Shown piece after piece: positions 18,807 to 33,419 of a stretch of 64,000 nucleotides of DNA. The position numbers and the translations under genes are program-made. The notes beneath the pieces are model-generated. The model saw only the letters and a program-made list of their open reading frames with translations, did not search any database and was not told where the DNA came from. Position 1 is the stretch's first letter; the number at the start of each line of letters is the position of its first letter. This DNA is from Candidatus Spongiisociaceae bacterium (lineage in GTDB: Bacteria > Actinomycetota > Acidimicrobiia > Spongiisociales > Spongiisociaceae): NCBI GenBank assembly GCA_965202665.1, contig OZ241841.1:1600001-1664000 (forward strand), in the 5' to 3' direction.

Positions 18807-20456
18807 TTATCTCGTCATAAACGGGACGTATTCCGGGATTTCGCCCAGAAGATACGCCCCTAGTATACGGGCCTGCACCTCCAAGACCCGCCTGTAGGTG
18901 ATTCGGTATCCGTAAGTAGGGTGGGTTACCTCCTGGTCCATCCGTCGCTCGTAGGACTTGATGAACGCCTGCCGTCCCTGCTTGGTCATCGCCACCCCTT
19001 GCGCCCGAATCGTGAACGCACCGCGGCGCATCTCGCCGTTGTTGACCGAATTGACCGCCACCGACTCGGCGATCAGGGGGCGAAACTCTTCCGCCAAGTC
19101 CAAGGCCAAAGCCGGTCGGCCGAACCGGGGACGATGGTAAACGCCCAGATAAGGGTCGAATCCCACCGCCCACACGGTGGCAGTCACATCTTTCGTCAAC
19201 AGGGCGTACGCGAACGACAGCAGGCAGTTGATCGGATCTCGGGGCGGGCGGCGGTTGCGGCCCTCGAAATCGAAGGTGCCCAGATCGTCGTTGCGCAACA
19301 CATTGGAAAACCGGGAAAAATACAATCGGGCGGCCGTGCCCTCTATTCCCAGCAGCGACTCCACCGCCTCCGCCTCCGCCGCCTGCTCGGCTAGAACCCC
19401 CAGTTGGGACACCACCAAATTCACCTCGTCCCGGTTGCGGGCGTTGCGACGCAGAAAAGTACGCGAGTTCCTAATTTTGCCCTCTACCAGCCGCCGGGCG
19501 ATAGGCAACCCGGCTTGGGCGGCGATGCTGACCTGCCGCCTCCGCAACTCCACATGTTTGGACGGCAGACCTTGGGCCATGCCCTGAAACCAGCCGCCGT
19601 AGGAAAACCAGCATACGGGCGTCTGCCGTGAAAAAGCGGCCCGCATCATCTGCGAAGTTATCTGAACGTTCCCGTACACCGAAACTTGGGAAACGTCCAG
19701 CATGCGCATCGCCTGCAACTCCTGGTTGCCTTTGGTAACGGTTACCCGCCCGGCCTGGATGCCGATCTTCGCCCCCTGTTCCGTTACATACAGGGGCCGG
19801 GCGGCCGAATCGCTCGGAGTAAGCCGGCGGGGGGTTTCACGGGAACGCTTGGCGTGCAGGTTGGTTTCATCGGGGAGGCAGATGCCCACCAGGGAACAGC
19901 GGGGGCATTTTGGACTGTTAACCAACGGGGGAGGGGGATCGTGGTTGGCCGCCACCTTCCGCATTTCGCCAACCAAAGCCAAAGTTCTGTTTACCAGAAA
20001 TTCGTCAAAAGGAATCGTGACCCGTTGCCGGATCTCGGCGAAGAATATTTGCCCCTCGTCGCATTGGTATCCGTTGTCGCGCAGGATCAATCCGATAACG
20101 CACAGTTGGACCAGTTCCGGAGACCAAGCCGGGCCGTGGGCGGGCGGTCTCCCCCTTTTGACCTCGATGGGAACAACCGACCCCTCTTCTCCCTCAATAA
20201 TGTCCGCTTTGGCTATCAAGCCTAGTTTTTCGGAACCAAGCATGACGGATCGTGCTTTGCTGACCGGGTTATCCGCCTCCGGGGAATCCATATTCCCACC
20301 GCCGGAATCCACCGCGCGGTGAACATAGCGGCCTTCCACAGTGTCCGGGTTGTCCTCAAACTGCGACTGCACCCACTCTAAGTAAAAAAGTCTAGGGCAG
20401 TATTCAAATTCGTTGACCATCCTGGCCGGAATAAGGTCAGGGACGGTATCGGTCAT
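18807..20456 (-). CDS. cas1: Cas4-Cas1 fusion
   Basis: N-terminal Cas4 (YCPRL, EVKRG, CPRCSLVGIC); Cas1 (GIEGTAARLYF, PPRDPINCLLS, LDLAEEFRP). Confidence 0.96.
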   Translation of the reverse strand: MTDTVPDLIPARMVNEFEYCPRLFYLEWVQSQFEDNPDTVEGRYVHRAVDSGGGNMDSPEADNPVSKARSVMLGSEKLGLIAKADIIEGEEGSVVPIEVKRGRPPAHGPAWSPELVQLCVIGLILRDNGYQCDEGQIFFAEIRQRVTIPFDEFLVNRTLALVGEMRKVAANHDPPPPLVNSPKCPRCSLVGICLPDETNLHAKRSRETPRRLTPSDSAARPLYVTEQGAKIGIQAGRVTVTKGNQELQAMRMLDVSQVSVYGNVQITSQMMRAAFSRQTPVCWFSYGGWFQGMAQGLPSKHVELRRRQVSIAAQAGLPIARRLVEGKIRNSRTFLRRNARNRDEVNLVVSQLGVLAEQAAEAEAVESLLGIEGTAARLYFSRFSNVLRNDDLGTFDFEGRNRRPPRDPINCLLSFAYALLTKDVTATVWAVGFDPYLGVYHRPRFGRPALALDLAEEFRPLIAESVAVNSVNNGEMRRGAFTIRAQGVAMTKQGRQAFIKSYERRMDQEVTHPTYGYRITYRRVLEVQARILGAYLLGEIPEYVPFMTR

Positions 20457-20457
20457 T

Positions 20458-25806
<5,349 letters not shown>

Positions 25807-25810
25807 GACG

Positions 25811-27031
25811 TCACTCCCCGGGTTGCTGGGCGGCCGACAGTTCGCGGCTGCGCTTGATCAAATCGGCCAACTTGGGGGCGGGGACCATTTTGATCTCGTC
25901 GGTTTCCCATCCGATTCCCTGCTCCGCCGCATAGGAGGCGGCCCGTTGCAGGATGTCGGCCGCCGTTGACTGGTCCAGATCCACCGTCTCGGCCGGGGAT
26001 CCGTCCCGGCCCAGCAACTCCACGCGGGGGGAATGTTCGGGTATCAGCAGGCACCGCGACCGCAGGTCGTAGTCCATCTCGTGCTGGTAGGCGATGGCCG
26101 CCACCCCCAGGGCCGCCACCGCGGTGCGGGCCGCGGTTTCCGCCGCCCGGCTGTGCCCGGCGAACCGCAAACGCCGCAGGGCGGCCAGCGAGATGACCGT
26201 GATGTGCACCGCGGAGGAAATGGTTACCCCTCCCGCGTCGCCGTCTATGGAAGGAGCGATGTTTCCGTGGTTGATCTCGGAAGGGCGGCCCTCGCCTTTC
26301 GCTTTCGGCTTGCCTTTGTCTTGGACGGCTTCCGCCGGGTCCATCGTCCACACTTGGTCGGAGTCCCGGTGTTCGTAGATTTCCCGGTTGGCCGCTTCCT
26401 TCTCGATCTGCAAGGGGTCCAGCCTACTGCTTACTTTCCGCCCCGCTTCGGCGTCCAAGCCCACGATCTCCGATACGTAGGCCCGCTGGAATTTGGAGCC
26501 CAGCCCGCCTTTCGGCCCGGTGGAATCCCACATCCCGAACAGCAACCCGGTGGGGGAGTAGCGGAACAGGGCGGCGGCGTTGCGGGGGGTGGCGTCGGTG
26601 ACGGCCCGTCCCATATCCGAAAGCCGGAACAAAGTGCCGTCCAACAGGCTGTCCCGGAAGATGGCGTCGGCCAGGCGGTGCGGTGCTTCCAGCACGGTCA
26701 ACTTGCCCAAGTCGGCCAGATCCGCGTCCTCGGTGAAATCCACGAACGGAACCGGAAAGGACAGTTCCCCTCGTTCGTGGCCTTCCAGCAAGGCCAGCTC
26801 GGCCCGGTTGGCTTGGGAGGCCACCGAATCCAGCAGGACGGAGGTGGAAACCTTGTCGCCCTCCCCCAACCGGCGTTCCTCCGTGGCGTACTTGCTGCCC
26901 GAGCCGACCGCATAGGTGGGGGGGAACACTTTGTCCCCCGCCCCGCCCGCCGGTTGCAGGGCGGTGCGCGACCGCAGTGCCACCGCGGCCCCCTCCACCG
27001 CCTCTTTAAGTCTTTCGAATGTCAAAGCCAT
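25811..27031 (-). CDS. csb1: Type I-G Csb1 (Cas7 backbone)
   Basis: LQPAGGAGDKVFPPTY, LDSVASQANR, PHRLADA, LLFGMWDS; SD AGGAGG. Confidence 0.94.
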   Translation of the reverse strand: MALTFERLKEAVEGAAVALRSRTALQPAGGAGDKVFPPTYAVGSGSKYATEERRLGEGDKVSTSVLLDSVASQANRAELALLEGHERGELSFPVPFVDFTEDADLADLGKLTVLEAPHRLADAIFRDSLLDGTLFRLSDMGRAVTDATPRNAAALFRYSPTGLLFGMWDSTGPKGGLGSKFQRAYVSEIVGLDAEAGRKVSSRLDPLQIEKEAANREIYEHRDSDQVWTMDPAEAVQDKGKPKAKGEGRPSEINHGNIAPSIDGDAGGVTISSAVHITVISLAALRRLRFAGHSRAAETAARTAVAALGVAAIAYQHEMDYDLRSRCLLIPEHSPRVELLGRDGSPAETVDLDQSTAADILQRAASYAAEQGIGWETDEIKMVPAPKLADLIKRSRELSAAQQPGE

Positions 27032-27078
27032 TTCTTGGCCTCCTCTCTTATTCTATCTGTTTTATTAATGAGGTAAAG

Positions 27079-27084
27079 ATTATA
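27079..27084 (-). promoter_or_regulatory. -10 box of the cas operon promoter
   Basis: Perfect TATAAT on the minus strand about 48 nt upstream of the csb1 ATG, in an AT-rich patch. Confidence 0.7.
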
Positions 27085-27142
27085 CCCTAAACGAAATTTT
27101 GAATGCCTGCAAATTGAAATGAACGGCGAGGGTGGGTGTTAT

Positions 27143-27216
27143 CATCAAAGGCGTGGCCGGCCCGCCCCTCATTGCGGCTTTTAGTAATGCGGTGCCCGGC
27201 CTTGGGCGTAACCGCA
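27143..27216 (+). ncRNA. Putative crRNA-like regulatory RNA (pseudo-repeat, short guide, hairpin)
   Basis: The last 13 nt of the 36-nt pseudo-repeat are identical to the oldest CRISPR repeat variant; the guide matches the cas promoter at 13/15 positions. Confidence 0.7.
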
Positions 27217-27289
27217 CCGGCGGGCGTCGGCCACCTAAGTTGATCCGGACGTTCAGTTGTCATACGCCTCCTTCTGTTCGGTTGCGCAC

Positions 27290-27311
27290 AGGTTGGCAGG
27301 GGGGTGTGACA
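27290..27311 (-). promoter_or_regulatory. RecA-NDp/PafBC-like promoter motif pointing toward the cas operon
   Basis: TGTCAC-N10-CAACCT; same architecture upstream of dnaB and ssb. Confidence 0.5.
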
Positions 27312-27450
27312 AAAACGGGGGATGGGCGGAGAACGCGAAAAAAATACTTAGGGCCGGGTTCGGCGGGGGTCGGGCGGAGATCGGATTTACAGCGAGAGTG
27401 ATTGGCGCAAGGGCGCAACGAGCCGACCTGGGGGAGCGGTGGGGAGAGGG

Positions 27451-27523
27451 TGGGCCCGGCGGGAATCGAACCCGCGACCTTCGGATTAAAAGTCCGCTGC
27501 TCTGCCGATTGAGCTACAGGCCC
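27451..27523 (-). tRNA. tRNA-Lys (UUU), CCA not encoded
   Basis: GGGCCTGTAGCTCAATCGGCAGAGCAGCGGACTTTTAATCCGAAGGTCGCGGGTTCGATTCCCGCCGGGCCCA folds as a cloverleaf. Confidence 0.96.
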
Positions 27524-27584
27524 GCCGGTAAGACTAGCCGAACCTACAACCCCTCCGGACCGCCGTCCCGATAAGCTGAGGCGG

Positions 27585-29384
27585 ATGATACGTTACGGCT
27601 ATTCGGGGATGCCGTCCGCCGGGGTTGACGACGGGGAGTTTCTGGACGGGCTGGCGGAACGGGGCCATCAGGCCTTTGAGTTGTCTTTTGCCAAAGGCTT
27701 CCCGTGGGAGGAAAAACGCTGCGCCTCGTTCGCCGTCGCCGCCGCCGAACGGGGCATTCGCCTCACCGCCCACGCCCCCTACTTCGCCACGCTCACCGTC
27801 GCCGACCAGGAGCGGGCCAAGCGGTGCCGCTCCGCCATGGAGCACGCCGTAAAATTGGGGGCGGAGCTGGACGCCCGGCTGGTGGTGGCCCATTTGGGGG
27901 CGTTGCGGGACGAAACCGCCGACCGCGTCTTCCCCCGCGTTCGGAAGCATCTGGACTGGATGGGCGGCAAAATCTCCCATTTGGGGGTGGGGCTGGGTTT
28001 GGAGACGGCGGGCAAAGCCAACCAGTTGGGCAGCCTGGGCGACATCGCCTTGCTGGCCGCGGAGTTTCCTTTCATCCGTCCGGTGGTGGATTGGGCGCAC
28101 CTGCACGCCGTCACCAGGGGCGGCTTCCGCTCGCCGGAGCCTTTCACGGAGGTGTTCGGTTTTCTGCGGGACAACTTCCCGGCCTGGATGCTGGATTCCC
28201 TCCACACCCATTTCAGCGATGTGCTTTTCGGGGAGGCGGGGGAGATACGGCACCTTCCCTACGGGGAGGGGACTTTGCGGGCCGCCCCTTTGGCGGAGGC
28301 GGTCCGGCGGGCGGGCCTGCGCATCACGGTCATCTCCGAATCCCGCCATCAAGCGTCGCACGACGCCATCCATCGGGAGATTCGGGAAACCTGGGCCGCG
28401 CCCCTCCCGGAGCCGGATGACATCCCAGTCGCCAGCGGACTGGTCGACTTCCCGTTCGTTCCCCGCGCCCGGCCCGCCGCCCGCGGATTTGAGACATCCG
28501 GCCCCCGCCCTCTCCGCCTCACCAACCTGGACAAGCCTTTTTTCCCGGACGGTTTCACGAAGGGCGACCTGATCTCCTACTACGCCTCCGTCGCCCCGGT
28601 CCTCGTTCCCCACTTGGCGGGGCGGGCCATCGTGATGTCCCGTTACCCGGATGGGGCGGAAGGCGCCTCTTTTTACGAGAAGCAGGCCCCCGGCCATCAG
28701 CCGGAGTGGATGCCCCTCGCCCCGTTGGATTCGGCCCGGCGGGGCGGGGCGATCGAATATGTGACGGCCGGGGACGCCGAGTCCCTTATGTGGCTGGCCA
28801 ATATGGGATGCATAGAAATCCACTCCTGGCTGTCCCGGACGGAAACGGCGCGGTTCCCCGACTTCGCAGTGTTCGATTTGGACCCGGCCCGGGGCGCAAC
28901 CTGGGAGCAGGTGGTGGAAACCGCCCAACTGCTGAAAACGGCCCTGGACCAACTTGGTTTGCGCGGTTGCCCCAAGACGTCCGGAGCGCGGGGCCTGCAC
29001 GTCTATGTTCCGTTGCAACCGGTGCATGAATACGAGCGGGTGCGCCGGTTCGTGGAACGGCTGGGCGGGGCGCTGGCCGCCGCCGACCCGGGCAATGTAA
29101 CCATGGAGCGGCGCATCCCCCATCGGGCGGGCCGGGTTTTCATCGATTCCGGACAGAATCGGGGCGGGGCCACCCTGGCCGCCGCCTACTCGGTCCGCCC
29201 CCGGCCCGGAGCCCCGGTGTCCGCTCCGCTCCTGTGGGGGGAGTTGGAGGGGATACGCCCCGCTGATTTCACCATCGCCTCCATTTGGGAGCGTATTGCC
29301 CGCCACGGCGATCCGTTCGCCCCGGTCTTGGCCGGCGGGCAGATGTTGGATGAGGCCGAAACCGAACTGGGCTTAACCTCCTGA
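27585..29384 (+). CDS. Fusion of an endonuclease IV-like TIM barrel and a LigD-type primase-polymerase domain
   Basis: HAPYF, LETAGK, DWAHLH, HTHFS, HLPYG, ISES; then LTNLDK.FFP, RYPDG, FDLDP, KTSGARGLH, FIDSGQN, YSVR. Confidence 0.88.
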   Translation: MIRYGYSGMPSAGVDDGEFLDGLAERGHQAFELSFAKGFPWEEKRCASFAVAAAERGIRLTAHAPYFATLTVADQERAKRCRSAMEHAVKLGAELDARLVVAHLGALRDETADRVFPRVRKHLDWMGGKISHLGVGLGLETAGKANQLGSLGDIALLAAEFPFIRPVVDWAHLHAVTRGGFRSPEPFTEVFGFLRDNFPAWMLDSLHTHFSDVLFGEAGEIRHLPYGEGTLRAAPLAEAVRRAGLRITVISESRHQASHDAIHREIRETWAAPLPEPDDIPVASGLVDFPFVPRARPAARGFETSGPRPLRLTNLDKPFFPDGFTKGDLISYYASVAPVLVPHLAGRAIVMSRYPDGAEGASFYEKQAPGHQPEWMPLAPLDSARRGGAIEYVTAGDAESLMWLANMGCIEIHSWLSRTETARFPDFAVFDLDPARGATWEQVVETAQLLKTALDQLGLRGCPKTSGARGLHVYVPLQPVHEYERVRRFVERLGGALAAADPGNVTMERRIPHRAGRVFIDSGQNRGGATLAAAYSVRPRPGAPVSAPLLWGELEGIRPADFTIASIWERIARHGDPFAPVLAGGQMLDEAETELGLTS

Positions 29385-29481
29385 CAACTTTGATAACAAC
29401 CGCCCGGCGCGCTAGTTTGGGAGGAGGGGCCCGTCCGGAGGCGGGAGGCGGAGAGCCGGAAATCTAGGAAAGGGAACCGTT

Positions 29482-29955
29482 ATGGACATCGAACTTTGGC
29501 GGTGGATATGGACCATTTTTGCGGTGCTGATGCTGATCGGCGAAACCATCAGCCTGGGTTTTTTTCTGCTCCCGTTCGGGGTGGGCGGGGCGCTGGCGGC
29601 CGTCGCCGCTTGGATAGGTTGGAATTTGGCGGTGCAATGGTTGCTCTTTTTCGTCGGCACCGGAGCGGCTTTTCTGGTGGTGCGCCGCTACATCAGCCGA
29701 CAGGACGAAGACGACGGGCTTCTCATCGGTCCGGAACGTTACGTGGGGGAGCGGGGGCTGATTTTGGAGACGGTGGATATGGAGGCCAACACCGGTTTGG
29801 TGCGGGTGCAGGCCGATGAGTGGCGGGCCATCACCGACGGGGAGCCGATTCCGGAGGGGGCGGAGGTGGAGGTGGCGGAAGTGCGCGGCACCCGGCTGGT
29901 GGTGTCGCAAATAGACGACGGAGGCGGGGCGGGGACGCCCGGCGAAACTCCCTAG
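29482..29955 (+). CDS. NfeD-family membrane protein
   Basis: TM helices plus OB fold (GLVRVQADEWRA...VRGTRLVV); partner of the SPFH gene. Confidence 0.88.
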   Translation: MDIELWRWIWTIFAVLMLIGETISLGFFLLPFGVGGALAAVAAWIGWNLAVQWLLFFVGTGAAFLVVRRYISRQDEDDGLLIGPERYVGERGLILETVDMEANTGLVRVQADEWRAITDGEPIPEGAEVEVAEVRGTRLVVSQIDDGGGAGTPGETP

Positions 29956-29989
29956 ATTGAAAAAGACCCTGTAAACAAAGGAGAAGACA

Positions 29990-30919
29990 ATGGCCACTGC
30001 CGGCATTATTTTGCTATCGGTCATCACCGCGGTTCTGTTGCTGATCGCGATTACCGGTTTCCGCATCATCCGCCCCTTCGAGCAGGGGTTGGTGGAACTG
30101 CTGGGCAAGTACCGGAACACGGTGTCCCCCGGCCTGCGGTTCGTGATTCCGTTCCTGCAACGGTTGTTGAAAGTGGATATGCGGGAGCAGGTGGTGGACG
30201 TGCCGCCCCAGGAGGTGATCACCAAGGACAACGTGGTGGTCACTGTGGACGCGGTCATCTATTACGAAGCCACCGATCCGGTGAAACTGAAGTACGCGGT
30301 GGGCAACTTCATTTTGGCCATCACCAAACTGGCCCAGACCAACCTGCGGAACGTGGTGGGCGATCTGCAATTGGACGAGGCACTGGTGTCGCGGGAGCTT
30401 ATCAACAGCAAACTGCGGCAGATTCTGGACGACGCCACCGACAAGTGGGGGACGCGGGTGGTGCGGGTGGAAATCCAGCGCATCGAACCGCCGCCGGATG
30501 TCACCGACGCCATGCACCGCCAGATGAAGGCCGAACGGGACCGGCGGGCGGCGGTGACCGAAGCGGAAGGCGACAAGCGGGCCGCCATTCTCACCGCCGA
30601 AGGGGTGAAAGAGGCGGCTATCCTGCGGGCGGAGGGGGAAGCGGAGGCCATCAAGCGGGTGGCGGACGCCGACAAGTATCAGAAGCTGACCGTGGCCGAA
30701 GGGGAAGGCCAGGCCATCGAGCGGGTGTTCGCGGCCATCCACAACGGCGATCCCACCGAAGATCTGATCGCCATCAAATATTTGGAGGCGTTGCAGGGCG
30801 TGGCCGACGGCAAGGCCACCAAGATTTTCCTGCCTTTGGACACTTCGGGGGTGCTGGGGGCGGTGGCCGCCATGGGCGAAATGTGGAAGGAGCGGGCCGC
30901 CGCCGCGGAATCCGAATAG
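29990..30919 (+). CDS. SPFH/band 7 (stomatin-like) protein
   Basis: [28 protein letters not shown]. Confidence 0.93.
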   Translation: MATAGIILLSVITAVLLLIAITGFRIIRPFEQGLVELLGKYRNTVSPGLRFVIPFLQRLLKVDMREQVVDVPPQEVITKDNVVVTVDAVIYYEATDPVKLKYAVGNFILAITKLAQTNLRNVVGDLQLDEALVSRELINSKLRQILDDATDKWGTRVVRVEIQRIEPPPDVTDAMHRQMKAERDRRAAVTEAEGDKRAAILTAEGVKEAAILRAEGEAEAIKRVADADKYQKLTVAEGEGQAIERVFAAIHNGDPTEDLIAIKYLEALQGVADGKATKIFLPLDTSGVLGAVAAMGEMWKERAAAAESE

Positions 30920-30954
30920 CCGCCGGCCCTAGGGGGCGGGCGGGAAGAGGCCGA

Positions 30955-30979
30955 GCCGTCCCTCCGCCGGAGGGACGGC
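30955..30979. terminator. Hairpin between convergent SPFH and dnaB genes
   Basis: GCCGTCCCTCC-GCC-GGAGGGACGGC, 11-bp stem. Confidence 0.7.
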
Positions 30980-30999
30980 CCCTTTAGACCGGGGGGAGG

Positions 31000-32361
31000 T
31001 CAGGAGGGGGCCAGGTTGGCGAACTTGGTGTAGTCCTCTTGGAATGACACTTTCACCGTGCCGGTGGGCCCGGAGCGGTGTTTGGCGATGATCAGCTGGG
31101 CGATGCCCCGTTCTTCGCTTTCGTCGTTGTAACGTTCGTCGCGGTGGATGAGGATGACCACGTCGGCGTCCTGTTCTATCGCCCCCGACTCCCGCAGGTC
31201 GCTCAGTTGGGGTCGTTTGTCGTTGCGGGTTTCCAGTTGCCGGTTCAGCTGGGAGACGGCGATTACCGGCAAGTTCAGTTCCTGGGCCAGTCCTTTCAGG
31301 GAGCGGCTGATTTCGGCTATTTCGGTTTGCCGGTTCTCCGGTTTGCGGTGTCCCTGCATTAGTTGCAGGTAGTCCACTATTACCAGTTTGAGCCCTTTAG
31401 TGCGCTGCAGGCGCCGGCTTTTGGCCCGGATTTCCATCACCGACGTCCCGGTGGCTTCGTCCACGTACAGGGGCAGTTCGTAGAGGTCGCCCGCCGCCCG
31501 CATCAGATCCTCCCATTTTTCCCCCACTTGGCCGGTTTTCAGTTTCAGGGAGTTGATTTTTCCGTGGGCGCAGAGGATGCGCTGCGCCACTTCCTGTCGG
31601 GACATTTCCAGGCTGAACAGGGCCACCGGACCGTGGTGCAGTCCGACGTGGGCGGCGATGGTGGTGGCCAGGGCGCTTTTGCCCATGGAGGTTCGTCCGG
31701 CTATCACCACCAGGTTGCCTTTCTGCAGGCCGGCCAGCTTCTTGTCCAGGTCGATGAGGCCGGTGGCCACCCCGGTGATGTCGGAGCCGCTGGCTTCCAG
31801 TTCCTCTATTTTTTTCATAACCGGGTTGAACTGGTCCCCGACCTGCTCCAAGCCGTCCCCCAGGCGCCGGTTGGCCACCGACAGCACTTCCTGCTCCGCC
31901 AAGTCCAGCATGGTGTTGATTTCGATGTCAAGGGAGGTGGCCAGTTGGTTGATCTCGGCGCCGGCCAGTATCATGGACCGGCGGCTGGCGTGTTCGGCCA
32001 CCACCTCGGCGTAATACTCCACGTTGGCCGCCGACGGGACGAAGTCCAGCAGGTCGCTCAAAAACAGCGCCCCCCCGATGCGCTCCAAATCACCGGACCG
32101 CTGCAGGACGTCGCTGATGGTCACCGGGTCGATGGGTTGCCGGCCGTGATAGAGCTCGGCGACCGCCCGGAAGACGATCTGATGGGCCGGTACGTAGAAG
32201 TCCTCCGGGCTCAGCGCGCCCACCACTTCGTCGGCGGCCCCCGCGGCGCGCAGGATCGCCCCCAGCACCGACTTTTCGGCTTCCAGGCTGTGCGGCGGGG
32301 CCCCGTTCGGCCGGGGCCGTTCGGCCACCGCAGTGTCGTCCATGTATTCGTATTCCTGCAT
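31000..32361 (-). CDS. dnaB: Replicative DNA helicase
   Basis: PPHSLEAE, GRTSMGKS, IVDYLQLM, LRESGAIEQDAD. Confidence 0.97.
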   Translation of the reverse strand: MQEYEYMDDTAVAERPRPNGAPPHSLEAEKSVLGAILRAAGAADEVVGALSPEDFYVPAHQIVFRAVAELYHGRQPIDPVTISDVLQRSGDLERIGGALFLSDLLDFVPSAANVEYYAEVVAEHASRRSMILAGAEINQLATSLDIEINTMLDLAEQEVLSVANRRLGDGLEQVGDQFNPVMKKIEELEASGSDITGVATGLIDLDKKLAGLQKGNLVVIAGRTSMGKSALATTIAAHVGLHHGPVALFSLEMSRQEVAQRILCAHGKINSLKLKTGQVGEKWEDLMRAAGDLYELPLYVDEATGTSVMEIRAKSRRLQRTKGLKLVIVDYLQLMQGHRKPENRQTEIAEISRSLKGLAQELNLPVIAVSQLNRQLETRNDKRPQLSDLRESGAIEQDADVVILIHRDERYNDESEERGIAQLIIAKHRSGPTGTVKVSFQEDYTKFANLAPS

Positions 32362-32391
32362 CCGGCCGTCCTCCCTTGATGAACATGGCCC

Positions 32392-32413
32392 ATTGTCGCC
32401 AAAGGGTGTGACA
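32392..32413 (-). promoter_or_regulatory. RecA-NDp/PafBC-like promoter motif of dnaB
   Basis: TGTCAC-N10-GACAAT about 30 nt upstream of the start. Confidence 0.55.
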
Positions 32414-32638
32414 AAACGGCCGGCGACGCATCCCGGCCGCGCAAGCGGGGAGCCGGGTTTGGTTGCGCATCGGGGAAACCGCCGTTGGGCACATCCCGCG
32501 GGAAAGTCCGCCCAGGGGAACGGCGGCGTTCAACAATGTATGCGGTCCCGGCCGTTCGCCGCCCGCGCCGGGTGGGATTTTTTTCCCATTTTGCGTTGAT
32601 TTTTCCCGCTCTCGGCCCCCGGCGGGGGGACGGGCCGG

Positions 32639-33085
32639 TCAGTCGGGTATGACCTCGATGGCCAGCGGGAAACGAACTTCTTTGTGGGGGGCGATGGTCA
32701 CTTCGTGCGACCCAATGGTTTTGATCGGTTCCTCCAGCCGCACCGCGTTGCGTTCGATGACCACCGCGGTGATGCTTTTCACCGCGTCCACCACTTCGGT
32801 GACTCCTATGGAACCGAACAGTTTGCCTTCGTCGCCGGCCCGGGCGGCGATTACGATGCGGGTGTCGGCCAGTTGCCCGGCCAGGTTCTGCGCCTCCTCC
32901 ACTTCCCGTTGGCGGATGGCCTCTTTGAGGCGCAGGGCCGCCTCCATTTGGCGCAGGGCCCCGGGGGTGGCTTTCACCGCCAATTGTTGCGGCAACAGGA
33001 AGTTGCGTCCGTAACCGGTGGACACGTCCACCACCGCCCCCTTGGCCCCCAGCCCCTCCACGTCGGCGGTCAGGATCAGTTTCAT
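32639..33085 (-). CDS. rplI: 50S ribosomal protein L9
   Basis: [13 protein letters not shown]...GYGRNFLLP...GKLFGSI. Confidence 0.96.
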   Translation of the reverse strand: MKLILTADVEGLGAKGAVVDVSTGYGRNFLLPQQLAVKATPGALRQMEAALRLKEAIRQREVEEAQNLAGQLADTRIVIAARAGDEGKLFGSIGVTEVVDAVKSITAVVIERNAVRLEEPIKTIGSHEVTIAPHKEVRFPLAIEVIPD

Positions 33086-33366
33086 CGCTGGTTGCCGATG
33101 TAGGGGAGCAGGGCCATCTCGCGGGCGTTTTTGATGGCGATGGACATCCTCCGCTGGTATTGGGCGCAGGCCCCGGTCACCCGGCGGGGGCGGATTTTGC
33201 CCCGGTCGGACAGAAACCTCCGCAAGGCGGCCACGTCCTTGTAGTCCACATAGGGGACCCGGGTGTTGTCGCACTTCATCTGGCGGCAACCGGGACAGGG
33301 CTTCTTGCGGTAGGTTTTGTTCAAAGGGGGGCGCCTCCGCCGGGAGGCGGAGCCTCTGCGAGCCAT
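33082..33366 (-). CDS. rpsR: 30S ribosomal protein S18 (Cys-containing form)
   Basis: VDYKD...[10 protein letters not shown]...[13 protein letters not shown]. Confidence 0.96.
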   Translation of the reverse strand: MARRGSASRRRRPPLNKTYRKKPCPGCRQMKCDNTRVPYVDYKDVAALRRFLSDRGKIRPRRVTGACAQYQRRMSIAIKNAREMALLPYIGNQR

Positions 33367-33419
33367 CGTTTATTCCTCCATTGTCCGAGTTTGCTTTGCG
33401 GGACCGGTCGAATCAGGGC

